64,000 nucleotides of DNA from Podarcis cretensis (lineage: Eukaryota): contig OX638150.1 of assembly GCA_951804945.1 (NCBI GenBank), positions 68,324,001 to 68,388,000 of the forward strand, given 5' to 3'. Under the pieces are notes generated by a model. It was given only the letters and a program-made list of their open reading frames with translations. It did no database searches and was not told the DNA's origin. Position 1 is the first letter of the stretch; each line of letters begins with the position of its first letter. Shown in pieces: positions 62,683 through 64,000 of the stretch. The position numbers and the translations under genes were made by a program.

Positions 62683-63972
62683 GTGGTAGTGCAACTCGTA
62701 CAGCACATTGGCAACAAATATTCACACAGGTGTTCAAAAATAATTTTACACCATTTATCAAATATGTGAGACAATTACTTACAAAGTGCCACGAACACTT
62801 ACAAACTACCTAAAATAAAGTGAACTTGCAATATCAGATTTTCTACGTTCTTACAAATTCTTGACTCAGTTTTTCGTTTTTTCTTGTTTTTCAAATAAGT
62901 TCAAGAAGATTCAAGAAAAGGGCAAGTTCAACATTGTTCCCAGTAGCTGTGAGGTGCTGATGAAGCAGCGTATAAGAACGAAGACAGGGTTCCAGCGTTC
63001 TATCCCCGTTTTGCCTTAGCAGTCCATGCAGTTGAGAGGCTGCTGTTTCGCCCCCAGTGGGGCCAATTTGTTGGGGTTGGCAGATAGCACACTCCCTGAG
63101 CACAGTTTTCTGGGCTTCTTCAGTTGTCTCATGCCATGTGTCTATTAGTGCTAACTGATAATAATCCAAACGGAATCTTATCAGAATCAACATAATACAC
63201 TTCTAGGTGTTAAATTAGATACAAAGTAAATATAATTTCTCCCACTATATAGAAAGAATCAATTTTCATGCAAAAGTTCATAATCATGTACTTACATATC
63301 TCTGAAGAGACAATTTCTTGGCTTAAGCATACAAGACTGAATAGCTTAGCAAGGTAGCCCTGTTTGATTACAGATATATATATACATTCTCTCATTCTAG
63401 GTTTTTGAACAGGTGTTTTACATTAGTAGAGAGGTGAGGTTGTGAAGTAGAGGCTGGACATGATACTATTAATACTTACATCTCATACATTTCACATCCA
63501 GATACACATTTCAATACCCATTGCTGTAATTAAATGAAAACTGAAAGATCTAATTCGGAATTTAACCCTACTGGCTGTAATGTTTTAATATTCAGGGAGT
63601 GTGCTATCCACCAACCCCAATGAATTGGCCCTGTCTTCTTTATTATACGCTGCTTCATCAGGACCTCACAGCTACTGGGAACAATGCTGAACTTGCCCTT
63701 TTCTTGAATCTTCTTGAACTTATTTGAAAAACAAGAAAATACAAAAAACAGAGTCAAGAATTTGTAAGAACCTAGTAAAATCTGATATTGCAAGTTCACT
63801 TTATTTTAGGTAGTTTGTAAGTTTTCATGGCACTTTATAAGTAATTGTCTCTTTCTCACATATTTGATAAATGGTGTAAAATGATTTTTGAACAACTGTG
63901 TGAATATTTGTCGCCAACGTGCTGTATGAGTTGCACTATTTTATTAATGACACAGGTTGCATTTTTCTAGTA
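62683..63972 (-). mobile_element. Duplicate of the Penelope-like inverted-repeat element, in intron 2 of H
   Basis: Near-identical to 56967-58256 (offset 5716). Confidence 0.65.
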
Positions 63973-64000
63973 GTACGACAAAACACAAGCTGAGACTTTC

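Larger units (their letters stand above)
54970..64000 (+). repeat. Recent tandem segmental duplication (period ~5716-5718 bp)
   Basis: ~54970-58284 is nearly identical to ~60690-64000, as shown by duplicated ORF-track entries. The more diverged homology 53710-54970 vs 59775-60690 keeps the same register. Confidence 0.95.

Overview
Eukaryotic (non-microbial) DNA from a squamate, most likely a lacertid lizard, judged from Sauria SINEs and BovB, CR1, L1, L2 and Penelope-like repeats. The window holds a tandem cluster of small four-exon, single-domain Kazal-type serine protease inhibitor (SPINK) genes that the ORF track misses because the exons are short. By hand splicing I reconstruct five complete genes: B, a strongly conserved SPINK6-like gene (minus, P1 Arg); C (minus, P1 Leu); D (minus, P1 Leu); E (plus, P1 Met); and F (minus, P1 Glu). 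There are also G (minus, P1 Arg; exon 1 and promoter deleted), H (near-identical duplicate of G, running off the right edge) and a lone signal-peptide exon A at the left edge. The expanded paralogs share the ovomucoid-domain-3-like Cys spacing C-x7-C-x7-C-x10-C-x2-C-x17-C but differ strongly at the protease-contact residues. The cluster shows birth-and-death features: an inversion, a recent 5.7-kb duplication, an orphan promoter, orphan 3' flanks, mosaic paralogs, and a C-terminal Cys apparently re-recruited from 3'UTR. Gene letters are my own labels. All comparisons were made by eye; repeat boundaries are approximate.
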